A stretch of DNA of 53,124 bases, from the IMG/VR virus record IMGVR_UViG_3300014572_000006. The stretch is one strand, 5' to 3'. The notes beneath the pieces are model-generated. The model did not search any database and was not told the origin of the DNA. It saw only the letters and a list, made by a program, of their open reading frames with translations. The position numbers were made by a program, and so were the translations under genes. Origin of the DNA: a virus. This document shows positions 23,645-31,988 of the stretch, piece after piece (the stretch's first letter is position 1; every line of letters starts with the position of its first letter).

Positions 23645-23674
23645 CTCTATGCGCGTGCGCGTGCGCGAATAGAG
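23645..23674. repeat. Imperfect hairpin enclosing a (GCGCGT)x3 alternating pyrimidine-purine tract
   Basis: ctctat gcgcgtgcgcgtgcgcga atagag. The 21 nt from 23648 to 23668 alternate Py-Pu perfectly. Confidence 0.6.
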
Positions 23675-23702
23675 CGTACATCGGTATTGGAGGTTGTGAA
23701 CT

Positions 23703-23963
23703 GTGGAAAACTTGCCTATCGGCTATCTGAGCTGCCGGAGCTGCGGCTCCATCGAAAACTGCGCGGACCTGGTCTCCGGCCTCTGCCCTGTATGCCGGAG
23801 GGAGAGGGCGGCCCACCTTGCCCAGCTCCAGAGCGACTACCAGGAGGCGCTGCAAGCCGGGGACCCCGCCGCCTCTGTGGAGATCGCCCAGCTCATCCGG
23901 GACTACCAGCAGTCCGAGGGCGTCCGGCTCAAGAACGTGCCAGAGGCCTACCGGGTCTCCTGA
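23703..23963 (+). CDS. Small zinc-ribbon protein upstream of int (possible recombination directionality factor or regulator)
   Basis: GTG start 9 nt after GGAGG. CRSCGS...CPVCRR. 86 aa. Confidence 0.45.
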   Translation: MENLPIGYLSCRSCGSIENCADLVSGLCPVCRRERAAHLAQLQSDYQEALQAGDPAASVEIAQLIRDYQQSEGVRLKNVPEAYRVS

Positions 23964-24109
23964 AAAGGGGCCTGTGCGTATTTGGCCCGTGGGAGGCCCT
24001 ATAAGCGCTTCTCCGTTCTGGGGGTCCTGGTATATTCATAGACCCCCTATCGTGGCTCCTGGGCCGTCCTGCACCCGCTCTGGCATGAATTTGGGAGACT
24101 TCCGAAAGG

Positions 24110-25171
24110 GTGATTGAAATTCCAGCATACAAAGACGAACTGAGGAACACATGGTACGCGTCGTTTTACTACACCGACTGGCAGGGCAAGCGACGCCTCA
24201 AAAAGAAGCGGGGCTTCCAGCGCAAGAAGGACGCCCAGGCGTTTGAGGAAGAGTTCTTGCGGACCCGCGCCCGGAGCTGTGACATGACCTTTCGCTCTTT
24301 CGCAGAAATCTACCTGGGGGACATGGAGCCGCGTCTCAAGCGGACCACCATGCAGAACAAGCGGTATCTCATCGAGCACCGGGTCCTCCCGTTTTTCGGG
24401 GACCTCCCGCTCAACGAGATTACCCCGGCCCACGTTCGCAAGTGGCAATCGCAGCTTCTCGCGGACAAGGTGGCCCCGACCTATGCAAAGACCATCAACA
24501 ACCAGCTTTCGGCCATATTCAACTACGCCTGCAAATACTACGGCCTGGGTATCAATCCGGCCCGCCTCGCCGGTAGCGTGGGCAAGAAAGACGCCCAGGA
24601 GATGTCATTCTGGACGGTGGAGCAGTTCAACCAGTTCATCCCTCACGTCAAGAAACTGCCCGCCCGGACCGGCCTGTCCGTGCTGTTCTGGACCGGCCTG
24701 CGGATAGGGGAGCTGCTGGCCCTCTGCCCGGAGGACATAGACCTGGAGGCCCGGACCCTCACCGTCCGCCGGAACTTCCAGAGCGTAGAGGGCGAAGAGG
24801 TCATAACGGACCCAAAGACCCAGCGAGGCCGCCGGGTGATACCGCTGCCGGAAAAGCTGTGCGATGAGATACGGGCCTATGAGAACGCCCTATACGACCC
24901 CCAGCCGGATGACCGGCTCTTCCCGTTCACGAAGCACTACTTCCGGCGGGCGATGCTCAAGGGGTGCGCGGAGGCCGGCATGGACCCTATCAGGCTCCAT
25001 GATCTGCGCCACTCCCACGCCGCCCTACTCATCCACCTGGGGACGCCTATCCTGCTGGTGAAAGAGCGCCTGGGCCATGAGGACATACAAACGACGCTGC
25101 GGACCTATGGGCACCTATACCCCACCACCAGCGATGAAGCAGTCAAAAAGATGGATGATTTGATGCGTTAA
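24110..25171 (+). CDS. int: Tyrosine recombinase / phage integrase
   Basis: HDLRHSHAALLIHLG and LGHEDIQTTLRTYGHLY catalytic motifs (R..H.R..Y), plus an N-terminal arm-binding-like domain. Confidence 0.95.
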   Translation: MIEIPAYKDELRNTWYASFYYTDWQGKRRLKKKRGFQRKKDAQAFEEEFLRTRARSCDMTFRSFAEIYLGDMEPRLKRTTMQNKRYLIEHRVLPFFGDLPLNEITPAHVRKWQSQLLADKVAPTYAKTINNQLSAIFNYACKYYGLGINPARLAGSVGKKDAQEMSFWTVEQFNQFIPHVKKLPARTGLSVLFWTGLRIGELLALCPEDIDLEARTLTVRRNFQSVEGEEVITDPKTQRGRRVIPLPEKLCDEIRAYENALYDPQPDDRLFPFTKHYFRRAMLKGCAEAGMDPIRLHDLRHSHAALLIHLGTPILLVKERLGHEDIQTTLRTYGHLYPTTSDEAVKKMDDLMR

Positions 25172-25196
25172 TGCCAAAGTAATGCCACAGAAACAG

Positions 25197-25244
25197 AAAA
25201 AGCCCCGCAAACCCTTGATTTATCAGGGCTTGCGGGGCTTTTGT
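25197..25244. terminator. Bidirectional intrinsic terminator between int and the lysis genes
   Basis: AAAA-agccccgcaaacccttga ttta tcagggcttgcggggct-TTTT: a long GC stem flanked by an A-run and a T-run. Confidence 0.75.
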
Positions 25245-25389
25245 ACTTTATTCCCACTCGATTGACGGGGGCTGTTTCGCCTTATTTTTCGCGGTATTTC
25301 GGTCTATCTACCTGTCCTGCGTTGCGGTGTTTCTCCGTAGTCTCCACCGCTTTCAGGTGGCGTAATGCCAAAATAATTCCACGCGCAGA

Positions 25390-26415
25390 TTATACCACGG
25401 TCAGGTAGGACAGCGCAACCCAGGACGTGATTTCCTTGAGAAGCGCCTCCTGGACGCCCTTGTGGGTGGCGATCTGCTTCACGGTGTACCGGCGGTTCTT
25501 GCCGCTCACGTAGTCCGGGACCTTGGCCCCTCTGGAGGTGGCGAGGCCGCCGTAGACGGCTCCGGCCTGGATGGTGACGGTGCTGCCCACCGTCACGGCT
25601 TTGGACGCCGTAGAGCTGCTGGTGCCGGTCTTGGTGGCGTAGTCCAGAGAAATCCACCCGGCTCCGCTCTTGAGCTTGCCCCACTTGGAAGCGCCGGAAC
25701 CGTCGGCCTCTGCAACGATGGTATAGACGCCGGGCTTGATAGTACCCTTGGTGCCGTAGTTGGTGCCAGGGCCAGAACGGATATTGAGGTTCGTCGCGGT
25801 CACTTTCACCGTGTAGTTTACGGCGGTCTGAGAGCCGCCGGAAGTACCGGCGCTGGGGGTGGTGGCGGAGCTGGAGCCGCCGCTCAGCCGCTTGGTAACT
25901 TCGGCGGCAATCTCCCCGTGCAGGTTGTAGAGGTAATTGCCGGGGCAGCTCTTATTTGCGAACCAGCGATGAACGGTCATCACCATCTCACCGGCCTTGG
26001 GGGTATAGGCGAGCGTCTTTGCCTTGTCCCCGAACCAGAGCAGCTTCTTGGCCCCGTTCCGGCGGCAGATGTCCGTAACAAGGTTGAGAAGGGCTGCGTA
26101 GGCTTTGTCCGTGACGGCATAAGGCTCTTTGTTGTCGCTGGCCGTCTCGATGGTGACGGCACGGTGGTCGTTGGAGGCGCTGGAGGTACACCAGGCGCGG
26201 TCCCCCTCATCGACGCATAGGCCGATGCTGCCATCGTAGCCAACAACGTAGTTGCAGGACGCCTCCTTGCTGGTGGGCTGGAAGACCTCACAACCACGCT
26301 TTGCCGTTACCTGGCCGACGAAACAATGGATGCTGATGGTGTCGATTCTGTGATTGCGGGGGCTGTTCTTGTTCGGGCTGATTAGGGTGTAGGTAGCGAG
26401 GCTGCTGTTACTCAT
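25390..26415 (-). CDS. Endolysin: N-acetylmuramoyl-L-alanine amidase (Amidase_2/PGRP type) with C-terminal SH3-like wall-binding repeats
   Basis: IDTISIHC...HRAVTIETASD...KSCPGNYLY, then NLNIRSGPGTNYGTKGTIKPGVYTIV...WGKLKSGAGWISLDY. The ATG at 26415 overlaps the end of the holin gene. Confidence 0.9.
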   Translation of the reverse strand: MSNSSLATYTLISPNKNSPRNHRIDTISIHCFVGQVTAKRGCEVFQPTSKEASCNYVVGYDGSIGLCVDEGDRAWCTSSASNDHRAVTIETASDNKEPYAVTDKAYAALLNLVTDICRRNGAKKLLWFGDKAKTLAYTPKAGEMVMTVHRWFANKSCPGNYLYNLHGEIAAEVTKRLSGGSSSATTPSAGTSGGSQTAVNYTVKVTATNLNIRSGPGTNYGTKGTIKPGVYTIVAEADGSGASKWGKLKSGAGWISLDYATKTGTSSSTASKAVTVGSTVTIQAGAVYGGLATSRGAKVPDYVSGKNRRYTVKQIATHKGVQEALLKEITSWVALSYLTVV

Positions 26416-26776
26416 GGTCGCTGTCCTCCTTGCTCTCGGTGACTTCGGTGGTGGCCTCAATGGCGATGCCCTCCAGGGGGATGAGGCCCTGCTCCAGCTC
26501 ATAGACGGCGGCTTCGATGAGAGCGTCAAGCTCGGCCTCATCTACGGTAATGCCGCGCTCTTTCAGCCAGGCGATAACATACGCTTTCTTCTCTTCTCCG
26601 CGCCCGCTCCCGGTGAAGAGTTGCTCCGCAGCGGAGACGGCAATTTTCACCCAGGCATTGATTTCTTTCTGCTGCTCGGTGGTGGTCTTGCTCTTGATGT
26701 AGGGGATGAGTACGCAGGTGATGATGACGCCGATCAGAGCGGCCACAGCTTCGATGATAGGGGTAATGTCAAACAT
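26408..26776 (-). CDS. Holin, LL-H family
   Basis: N-terminal TM segment IIEAVAALIGVIITCVLIPYI, then AWVKIAVSAAEQLF..G.G..KKAYVIAWLKERGI...LDALIEAAVYEL, typical of Holin_LLH. Confidence 0.8.
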   Translation of the reverse strand: MFDITPIIEAVAALIGVIITCVLIPYIKSKTTTEQQKEINAWVKIAVSAAEQLFTGSGRGEEKKAYVIAWLKERGITVDEAELDALIEAAVYELEQGLIPLEGIAIEATTEVTESKEDSDHE

Positions 26777-26794
26777 AAAAAATCCTCCTTGTTT

Positions 26795-27115
26795 TTATCC
26801 GAGGGTGGGTCCGCTGGTGTCGGACCCGCCCTCTGTGTTGTTAGTCTGGAATGGGTTTCCGTCAGCGTCCAGCCCGTGGCGGTTTCGGCTGACTTTTTCG
26901 GTGGTGGATGCCGCCGCATAGCTCACCAGATAGCCGATGCAGGCGGTAAAGATGGTGGTGGTAACATCGCTCGCGGTCTGCTTGTCCAGGTAGGCGAGGA
27001 CGTAGGAAGCTACGGCGGTGGCCGTGGCAATAAGGACGGCCCACGCAGCGAGCTTCTTTTTGAACTCCCACGGGCGGCGCGTCTTGGCGCGTTTCCCCTC
27101 ATACTTACCAGCCAT
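26795..27115 (-). CDS. Two-TM membrane protein (lysis-associated?)
   Basis: LAAWAVLIATATAVASYVLAYL and TTTIFTACIGYLVSYAAA. Confidence 0.4.
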   Translation of the reverse strand: MAGKYEGKRAKTRRPWEFKKKLAAWAVLIATATAVASYVLAYLDKQTASDVTTTIFTACIGYLVSYAAASTTEKVSRNRHGLDADGNPFQTNNTEGGSDTSGPTLG

Positions 27116-27125
27116 AGCGTCCCCC

Positions 27126-27482
27126 TCAGTCCATCAAGGAGGAAACGCCTTGCCGGGTGAGGAAGTCCTTTTGCTTGTGTTTGATGTCGGCGGCGTAGTC
27201 CAGGGCGTCGTGCATATCCCCGTTGCAGTGGGCGTCAGGGATGCGCTGGACGGCCCTTGCAGTCGCTTCCCCCAGGGCAATAGCGGCATTGGTCCCCTGG
27301 ACAATCAGGACGAAGAGGTCCTTTTGGCCCTGTTCCTGGGCCGCCTGTTCCTTTTCCCGCTTGTCAATGCGGCGCTCCAGCCGCCAGATGATAAGGCCCA
27401 TGATCGCGCTCGGAATACCCATAGCCGCGACAAAGGCAAGCACCATCTGGCCCAGGCTGACGTTTACTTCCATTGGTCTCAC
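27126..27482 (-). CDS. Single-TM membrane protein (holin or lysis-regulator candidate)
   Basis: MVLAFVAAMGIPSAIMGLIIW, then a charged coiled region. Confidence 0.4.
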   Translation of the reverse strand: MRPMEVNVSLGQMVLAFVAAMGIPSAIMGLIIWRLERRIDKREKEQAAQEQGQKDLFVLIVQGTNAAIALGEATARAVQRIPDAHCNGDMHDALDYAADIKHKQKDFLTRQGVSSLMD

Positions 27483-27486
27483 CCCT

Positions 27487-28263
27487 TTACTCCGTCACGA
27501 CCTTGTAGTAGTCGTCCAGGAGCGCCGGGGGCGCCCAACCATCCTGCTTGGTGAAGACGCGCAGGACCTCATACTCCGTGCCGTCGTGGGTGAAATGGTC
27601 GCCTACCTGGAACGTGTGATTGGCCTCCAGTTCATCCCAATCCGGGACATCCCCCGGCTCCGGTCCCGGTTCGGGTTCCGGCTCTACCTCTTCGTAGAGC
27701 TTGTACTCAGAGGGGACCAGGTGGGGGTAGTGCGGCTCATAGAGCGTGACGCCCGCCTCCTTGATGGGGGTGTAGAGCTGCTGGTCCACGGGGTCCCGAC
27801 GTACCGCGCCATAGGGGACGTGCTCGCCCCAAATGAACTCCAGGTACTCTCCAGGTTCCTCCGGCTCGCTGCGGAGCGGACGGAACAACGTCCGTCCGCC
27901 CTCGCTACCAGGCGCCCAATTCGCCTGCGCCTGGTGCTGCGTGGTGCAGATGTAAAGTTCGCTGTCCGGCCCCACGATAGGTTCATCCTTGAAAATGGTC
28001 CCCATGGTGGCACTCCAGATACGGGCCCCATCTGCCGCCGCGATGGATTTTAGATCGGCGTCGGTGTAGTCTCCGCTCTCGACCTGTCCGGCGCGGATGA
28101 GGTTCGCCCGCGCCCGGTTCACATGAAGCTCCGGGAGGCCGGGGCCGCCCATCTCCAACAGAGCGTCATGGGTGGCAAGGATGGCCGCCCACAGCTCATA
28201 GGTGTCCACGCTCTTTTCCTGCTTCTGGTAGGCGCGGGCTTCTTCAAGACTTCTCATAGTCAT
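27487..28263 (-). CDS. Hypothetical tail-associated protein with CBM5/12-like motifs
   Basis: FQVGDHFTHDGTEYEVLRVFTKQDGWAPPAL and QHQAQANWAPGS resemble small carbohydrate-binding modules. Confidence 0.35.
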   Translation of the reverse strand: MTMRSLEEARAYQKQEKSVDTYELWAAILATHDALLEMGGPGLPELHVNRARANLIRAGQVESGDYTDADLKSIAAADGARIWSATMGTIFKDEPIVGPDSELYICTTQHQAQANWAPGSEGGRTLFRPLRSEPEEPGEYLEFIWGEHVPYGAVRRDPVDQQLYTPIKEAGVTLYEPHYPHLVPSEYKLYEEVEPEPEPGPEPGDVPDWDELEANHTFQVGDHFTHDGTEYEVLRVFTKQDGWAPPALLDDYYKVVTE

Positions 28264-28269
28264 TCCCCC

Positions 28270-29967
28270 TTAAATGTAGCTTGCGGACAGAGAGTAGCAG
28301 GCGATGCTTTCATACCCTCCGGCCTTGGTGATCTGGACGCGGACGCCCACGGCAAAGCTATCCGCAGTCTTCGCGGAATTGCTGAAAATGTGCTTGAGGC
28401 CGAGCTGGGCAGTCTCCCAGGTCGGCTCTTCGTCGTTGTAGTTGTTGCAGACCTGGATTGTCACGCCGTCCTCATGGGCGTTGTACCGCATGGAGACAAG
28501 GATTTTCTGCGCGGCGGCGCTGGTGTCATCCACTTTCCAGTCAAAGTCGATGATGGAGACGGACCGGGTAAAGGTGATGGTACGGGTGACGCTGTTCCCG
28601 GCGCTGTCCGAGACCTTGATAGTCATGGTGTGCGGTCCGGTGAGGGCGGCGAACTGCGCCGCCGTGAGCGCAAAGGTGTACTGATGGTTCCGCTCTGCCG
28701 GGGTGATAGTTTTAAGGGCCACACCGTCCAGGCTCTCTACGATGGTGAGCGTGTCTCCGGCGTCCCCGTCGTTGACCGTGTACTGGAACGAGGGCGGCGT
28801 AGTCACCACGCCGAGCTGCTGATCGCTGCCGCTCACCGTCGGGTCTACGTTGTGGGTGACGGTCCGGGTAGGGCTGGTGGTGTATGCGCTATACGCGGCC
28901 TTGCTGTCCTTGGCGCGGACCCGGTAGGCTACCGTGTTCATCGCCGTGGTGATCGTGTCGCTGAACTGCGTCGCGGCTCCGTCATAGATTTTGGACCATG
29001 CGCCGCTGTTGTACTGCCGCTCAAGCTCGTAGCTTACGGCGTCGCTGTCCGGGTCCACCGACGCCGCCCAGGAGACGGTGAGACCTTTACCGCTCCGCAC
29101 GTCCTCTGGCACGGTGATGGACGGGGGCGTGGTGGGGGCATTATTCCAGATGATGGTGTAGTACCCCTCGCTGTCCGGTGCATCAGATACCAAGATGTCA
29201 GATGACAGATTCAAAGCCGGGCGCACACCCCCGTGGCCGTAGTACGCGAGGACGCTGTTGAGGCTCCCGTCCGAGTGCACGCAGCGCACGCTGTTCGCGT
29301 ACGACGAATACGGGGAGCGGAGCCACCACCACCAATTCTGCGACGCGCTCAAGTCACCGGCGGTGTACTCGCTGTTGCTCACGGCCTGGGCGGTAGGCTT
29401 GCACAGGCGGCTTGCGCTGTCGCTGAACATAGCCAGCTTCGTGCCCTCTGCGACGCCGTTCTCCGAGCCGAGGCCGACCTCTGCCATGGAAAGCAAGAAA
29501 ATCTTGTCCTGGACAGTCTCGGACCCGCCGCCGTCCGTGCCGGGCTTTGCGACGGTCAGGGTGGTGGTGAGCAGGGCGGCCAGCATCTCCGCGCCGAAGC
29601 CGGTCAGGAAGCCGGATTGTGCGTCGTACTCGTTGTAGCCGCTCCAGACGTAAGAATTGGACGGGGGCCGGTCATAGCTGTGCTGGGCCTGATACCAGCC
29701 GGTCCCGCTCTTATTGAGCCACTGGCGGATGTTAGCCAGGGAATAGCGGTTGTTGCCGTATCTCTCCCGGTCCGTGTTGCCGCCGCTCTCCATAGCGTCG
29801 AAGCAGCAGATTTTGATGATGCTCTCGGCCACAAGGGTTGTGCTATTGGCGGGATAGCCGGAATGGTTCTTGTCACCGATGACCCAGCCGATGGGGACGC
29901 CGTAATACTTAGTCTTTGTGTCCCGCACTTTCGCCTTTACGGGTAGGGCGCTGATTTTCTGCGGCAT
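28270..29967 (-). CDS. DGR target 1: tail fibre / receptor-binding protein with an internal VR followed by FN3/Ig-like repeats
   Basis: Contains VR1 (WWWWLRSPYSSYANSVRCVHSDGSLNSVLAYYGHGGVRPALNL). An FN3-like segment follows (GLTVSWAASVDPDSDAVSYELERQYNSGAWSKIY). Lies downstream of the baseplate genes. Confidence 0.8.
   Translation of the reverse strand: MPQKISALPVKAKVRDTKTKYYGVPIGWVIGDKNHSGYPANSTTLVAESIIKICCFDAMESGGNTDRERYGNNRYSLANIRQWLNKSGTGWYQAQHSYDRPPSNSYVWSGYNEYDAQSGFLTGFGAEMLAALLTTTLTVAKPGTDGGGSETVQDKIFLLSMAEVGLGSENGVAEGTKLAMFSDSASRLCKPTAQAVSNSEYTAGDLSASQNWWWWLRSPYSSYANSVRCVHSDGSLNSVLAYYGHGGVRPALNLSSDILVSDAPDSEGYYTIIWNNAPTTPPSITVPEDVRSGKGLTVSWAASVDPDSDAVSYELERQYNSGAWSKIYDGAATQFSDTITTAMNTVAYRVRAKDSKAAYSAYTTSPTRTVTHNVDPTVSGSDQQLGVVTTPPSFQYTVNDGDAGDTLTIVESLDGVALKTITPAERNHQYTFALTAAQFAALTGPHTMTIKVSDSAGNSVTRTITFTRSVSIIDFDWKVDDTSAAAQKILVSMRYNAHEDGVTIQVCNNYNDEEPTWETAQLGLKHIFSNSAKTADSFAVGVRVQITKAGGYESIACYSLSASYI
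29214..29321 (-). repeat. DGR variable region 1 (VR1)
   Basis: 108-bp ungapped alignment to TR 31185..31292. There are 12 differences, all where the TR coding strand has A. Confidence 0.9.
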
Positions 29968-31015
29968 GGTTTGACTTTACACTCCTTTCAAAGATGGAGG
30001 CGCAAACCGCGTCGTACTTGGTGATGAGTTCCCGGCATTGGCCGTGGGAAGCGTGAGACCTCCAGCTCTGGTAGCTCTCTTCAATCTGCTTCCGGGTCAT
30101 AGCGCCGTTTTCATACATCACCGCGTATTTCCGCAGCTTGCGCCTCATACGGTCTTTACTGGAACGCCTAACTTTCCGTATTACCTTTCCGGTGTCGGTC
30201 AGGTATGTGTGGAAGCCCAAAAAGTCCAGGCCGTTCCGCAAGGGGAAGATCTGTGTCTTCTGGTTTAGCTCAAGGCCCCTCGGGGTCAAGAGCTGCTCGA
30301 CTTTCCTCCACGCTTCACGAAGCGCCTCCTTACTCTCGCAGATGATATAAAAATCATCCATGTAGCGGCCATAGTACCGCATTCGGAGGACTTCTTTGAC
30401 GTAGTGGTCGAGTTCATTCAGATACAATAGGGCGTACACCTGGGACGATTGATTTCCTATGGGGATGCCGACATTATCAGGGGTGCTATCTATGATAGCG
30501 TCGGACAAGGCCCGGCTCCGTGGGTCCGTGAGCAGCTTATTGACATCTCGCTTGAGAATGTCGTGCCGGATGCTGGCGAAGTAGTGCCGGACATCCGCTT
30601 TCAGGACCCAGCCGTCGGCGCTCCCGTGCTTCCGGTAATACTCCCGCATGAAGTCACGGAGGCGGTCGAGGCCGAAGTGGGTCCCCTTTCCGACTTGGCT
30701 CCCGTAGTTATCCAGGATAAAGGGGCGGCTCAGGACGGGGTAAAGGATGTTGTCACAAAAGGCGTGTTGCACGATTTTGTCCTTGACGCTGTTCGTCTGG
30801 ATGAGACGTCGCTTTGGCTCAAAGACGTAGAACTCATGGTAATTTCCGGGCTTGTAGAGACCGTCCCGCAGCTCAGCTTGCAGGACGGTGATCGCCTCCA
30901 GAGTGTTCAGCTCCACTTTGGCAACGGCGTCTTTCCATCGCTTACCTTTTCTGGTCGCCCGATACGCCGCATAGAGATTAGCGAAGTCATAAACGACTTC
31001 AAAATTCTGTTCCAT
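29909..31015 (-). CDS. DGR reverse transcriptase
   Basis: IPIGNQSSQ (the DGR-specific motif) and RYMDDF (YMDD box). I prefer the ATG at 31015 after AAGGAG; the track start at 31054 is a TTG. Confidence 0.9.
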   Translation of the reverse strand: MEQNFEVVYDFANLYAAYRATRKGKRWKDAVAKVELNTLEAITVLQAELRDGLYKPGNYHEFYVFEPKRRLIQTNSVKDKIVQHAFCDNILYPVLSRPFILDNYGSQVGKGTHFGLDRLRDFMREYYRKHGSADGWVLKADVRHYFASIRHDILKRDVNKLLTDPRSRALSDAIIDSTPDNVGIPIGNQSSQVYALLYLNELDHYVKEVLRMRYYGRYMDDFYIICESKEALREAWRKVEQLLTPRGLELNQKTQIFPLRNGLDFLGFHTYLTDTGKVIRKVRRSSKDRMRRKLRKYAVMYENGAMTRKQIEESYQSWRSHASHGQCRELITKYDAVCASIFERSVKSNHAAENQRPTRKGESAGHKD

Positions 31016-31184
31016 AATAGGCTCCTTGCGCCGCTGGTAGCGCCGAAGCTCCAATGGGCGAGCCTCAGCGCGTCGGCGCTATGTGTTTATCCCCGCCCTG
31101 TCAGGCCGGGACCGGATACGTCCTCCTTTGATGGTGGGCTTCTGCTTTCTCCCTTTCGGGTTACTCGGTCACGGTATTCCACCG

Positions 31185-31292
31185 AAGCCGGGCGCACACC
31201 CCTGTTGCCGTTGTACGCGTTGTTGTTGTTGAGGCTCCCGTCCGAGTTCACGTAGCGCACGTTGTTCGCGTTCGACGAATACGGGGAGCGGA
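31185..31292 (-). repeat. DGR template repeat (TR)
   Basis: AAC-rich reading (SNANNVRYVNSDGSLNNNNAYNGNRGVRPA). Donor sequence for VR1 and VR2. Confidence 0.9.
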
Positions 31293-31344
31293 CAAGGCAC
31301 ACCCAGGGGGATGCACGTACAGGACGCACCCGTGGCCTCTCAAA

Positions 31345-31773
31345 TCATCGCCGTGCGCCGCCGGTCTGAACTTGCTGCCGGAAGCGCTCGGCGTCCTTTT
31401 TGCGCCACGACGCGGCAAGGTTCTTTGCGTCGGTGGTGAGGCCCGTCCAATACTCACACCGCCTGATGTCGATATACCCCTGTTCCAGAGCTATATCCAG
31501 GAAGTTCAGGAAGACCTTGCAGTTGGTCAAGACCTCTTTCTGGAGGTCAAGGCGCGTGTTCATCTCAGCGACGGTCCGAGGGTATATCTCGTTGGCCGCT
31601 ATGATGTCATGCAGGATTTGGATTGAGAGGTTCTGCATTCTCTGGCAGAGGGTGAAGCGCACCTTTTTAGGGAACAGCTTAGTGTTGTTCGTGAGCTGCA
31701 AGGTATGGTTTACCAGGTCTTTTGCCTTGCAGATGATGGTGAGTTCACCGTGCCGGTTCTGCAAACAGGACAC
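31345..31773 (-). CDS. avd: Avd-like four-helix-bundle accessory variability determinant
   Basis: 142-aa basic helical protein immediately upstream of the TR (AKDLVNHTLQLTNNTKLFPKKVRFTLCQRMQNLSIQILHDI). Confidence 0.75.
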   Translation of the reverse strand: MSCLQNRHGELTIICKAKDLVNHTLQLTNNTKLFPKKVRFTLCQRMQNLSIQILHDIIAANEIYPRTVAEMNTRLDLQKEVLTNCKVFLNFLDIALEQGYIDIRRCEYWTGLTTDAKNLAASWRKKDAERFRQQVQTGGARR

Positions 31774-31988
31774 CTCCTTTCACGCAGGGCCTCCAGCTCA
31801 TCAGGCGGTACGCCGTCCACTTCGAGGACGCCGGGCCGGACGCGGATAGTGACCCTCTGGCCTTTATATCCCAAACCGCAGAGCACAAGCCCCTCCAGGC
31901 CCTCGCAGGGGCAAGGGGTCTCCAGCTCTGCGATAAGGTTCGGAATAAGACAGCTCGCCTCTTCGGGGCTGCAAAGTAGCCCCGTCAT
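31710..31988 (-). CDS. Possible 92-aa Cys-rich ORF coupled to the tail-fibre gene (uncertain)
   Basis: Its ATG at 31988 overlaps the tail-fibre stop (ATGA). Its 3' end overlaps avd by 64 nt. Confidence 0.25.
   Translation of the reverse strand: MTGLLCSPEEASCLIPNLIAELETPCPCEGLEGLVLCGLGYKGQRVTIRVRPGVLEVDGVPPDELEALRERRCPVCRTGTVNSPSSARQKTW

Larger units (their letters stand above)
28270..31773 (-). mobile_element. Diversity-generating retroelement cassette (avd-TR-RT-target/VR1)
   Basis: This is the combination of the four features above. Confidence 0.9.

Noticed and set aside
29909-31054. The reverse transcriptase as a retron or group II intron RT.
   Set aside because: It has the IGNQSSQ motif, an adjacent Avd-like gene, and TR/VR pairs with adenine-only substitutions, all of which identify a DGR. 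I saw no msr/msd-like inverted repeats and no intron maturase or endonuclease domains.
31087-31329. An 80-aa Asn-rich minus-strand ORF between avd and the RT.
   Set aside because: It is the DGR template repeat read as protein (AAC-rich). It has no RBS and matches VR1 and VR2 at the nucleotide level. I treat it as non-coding TR.
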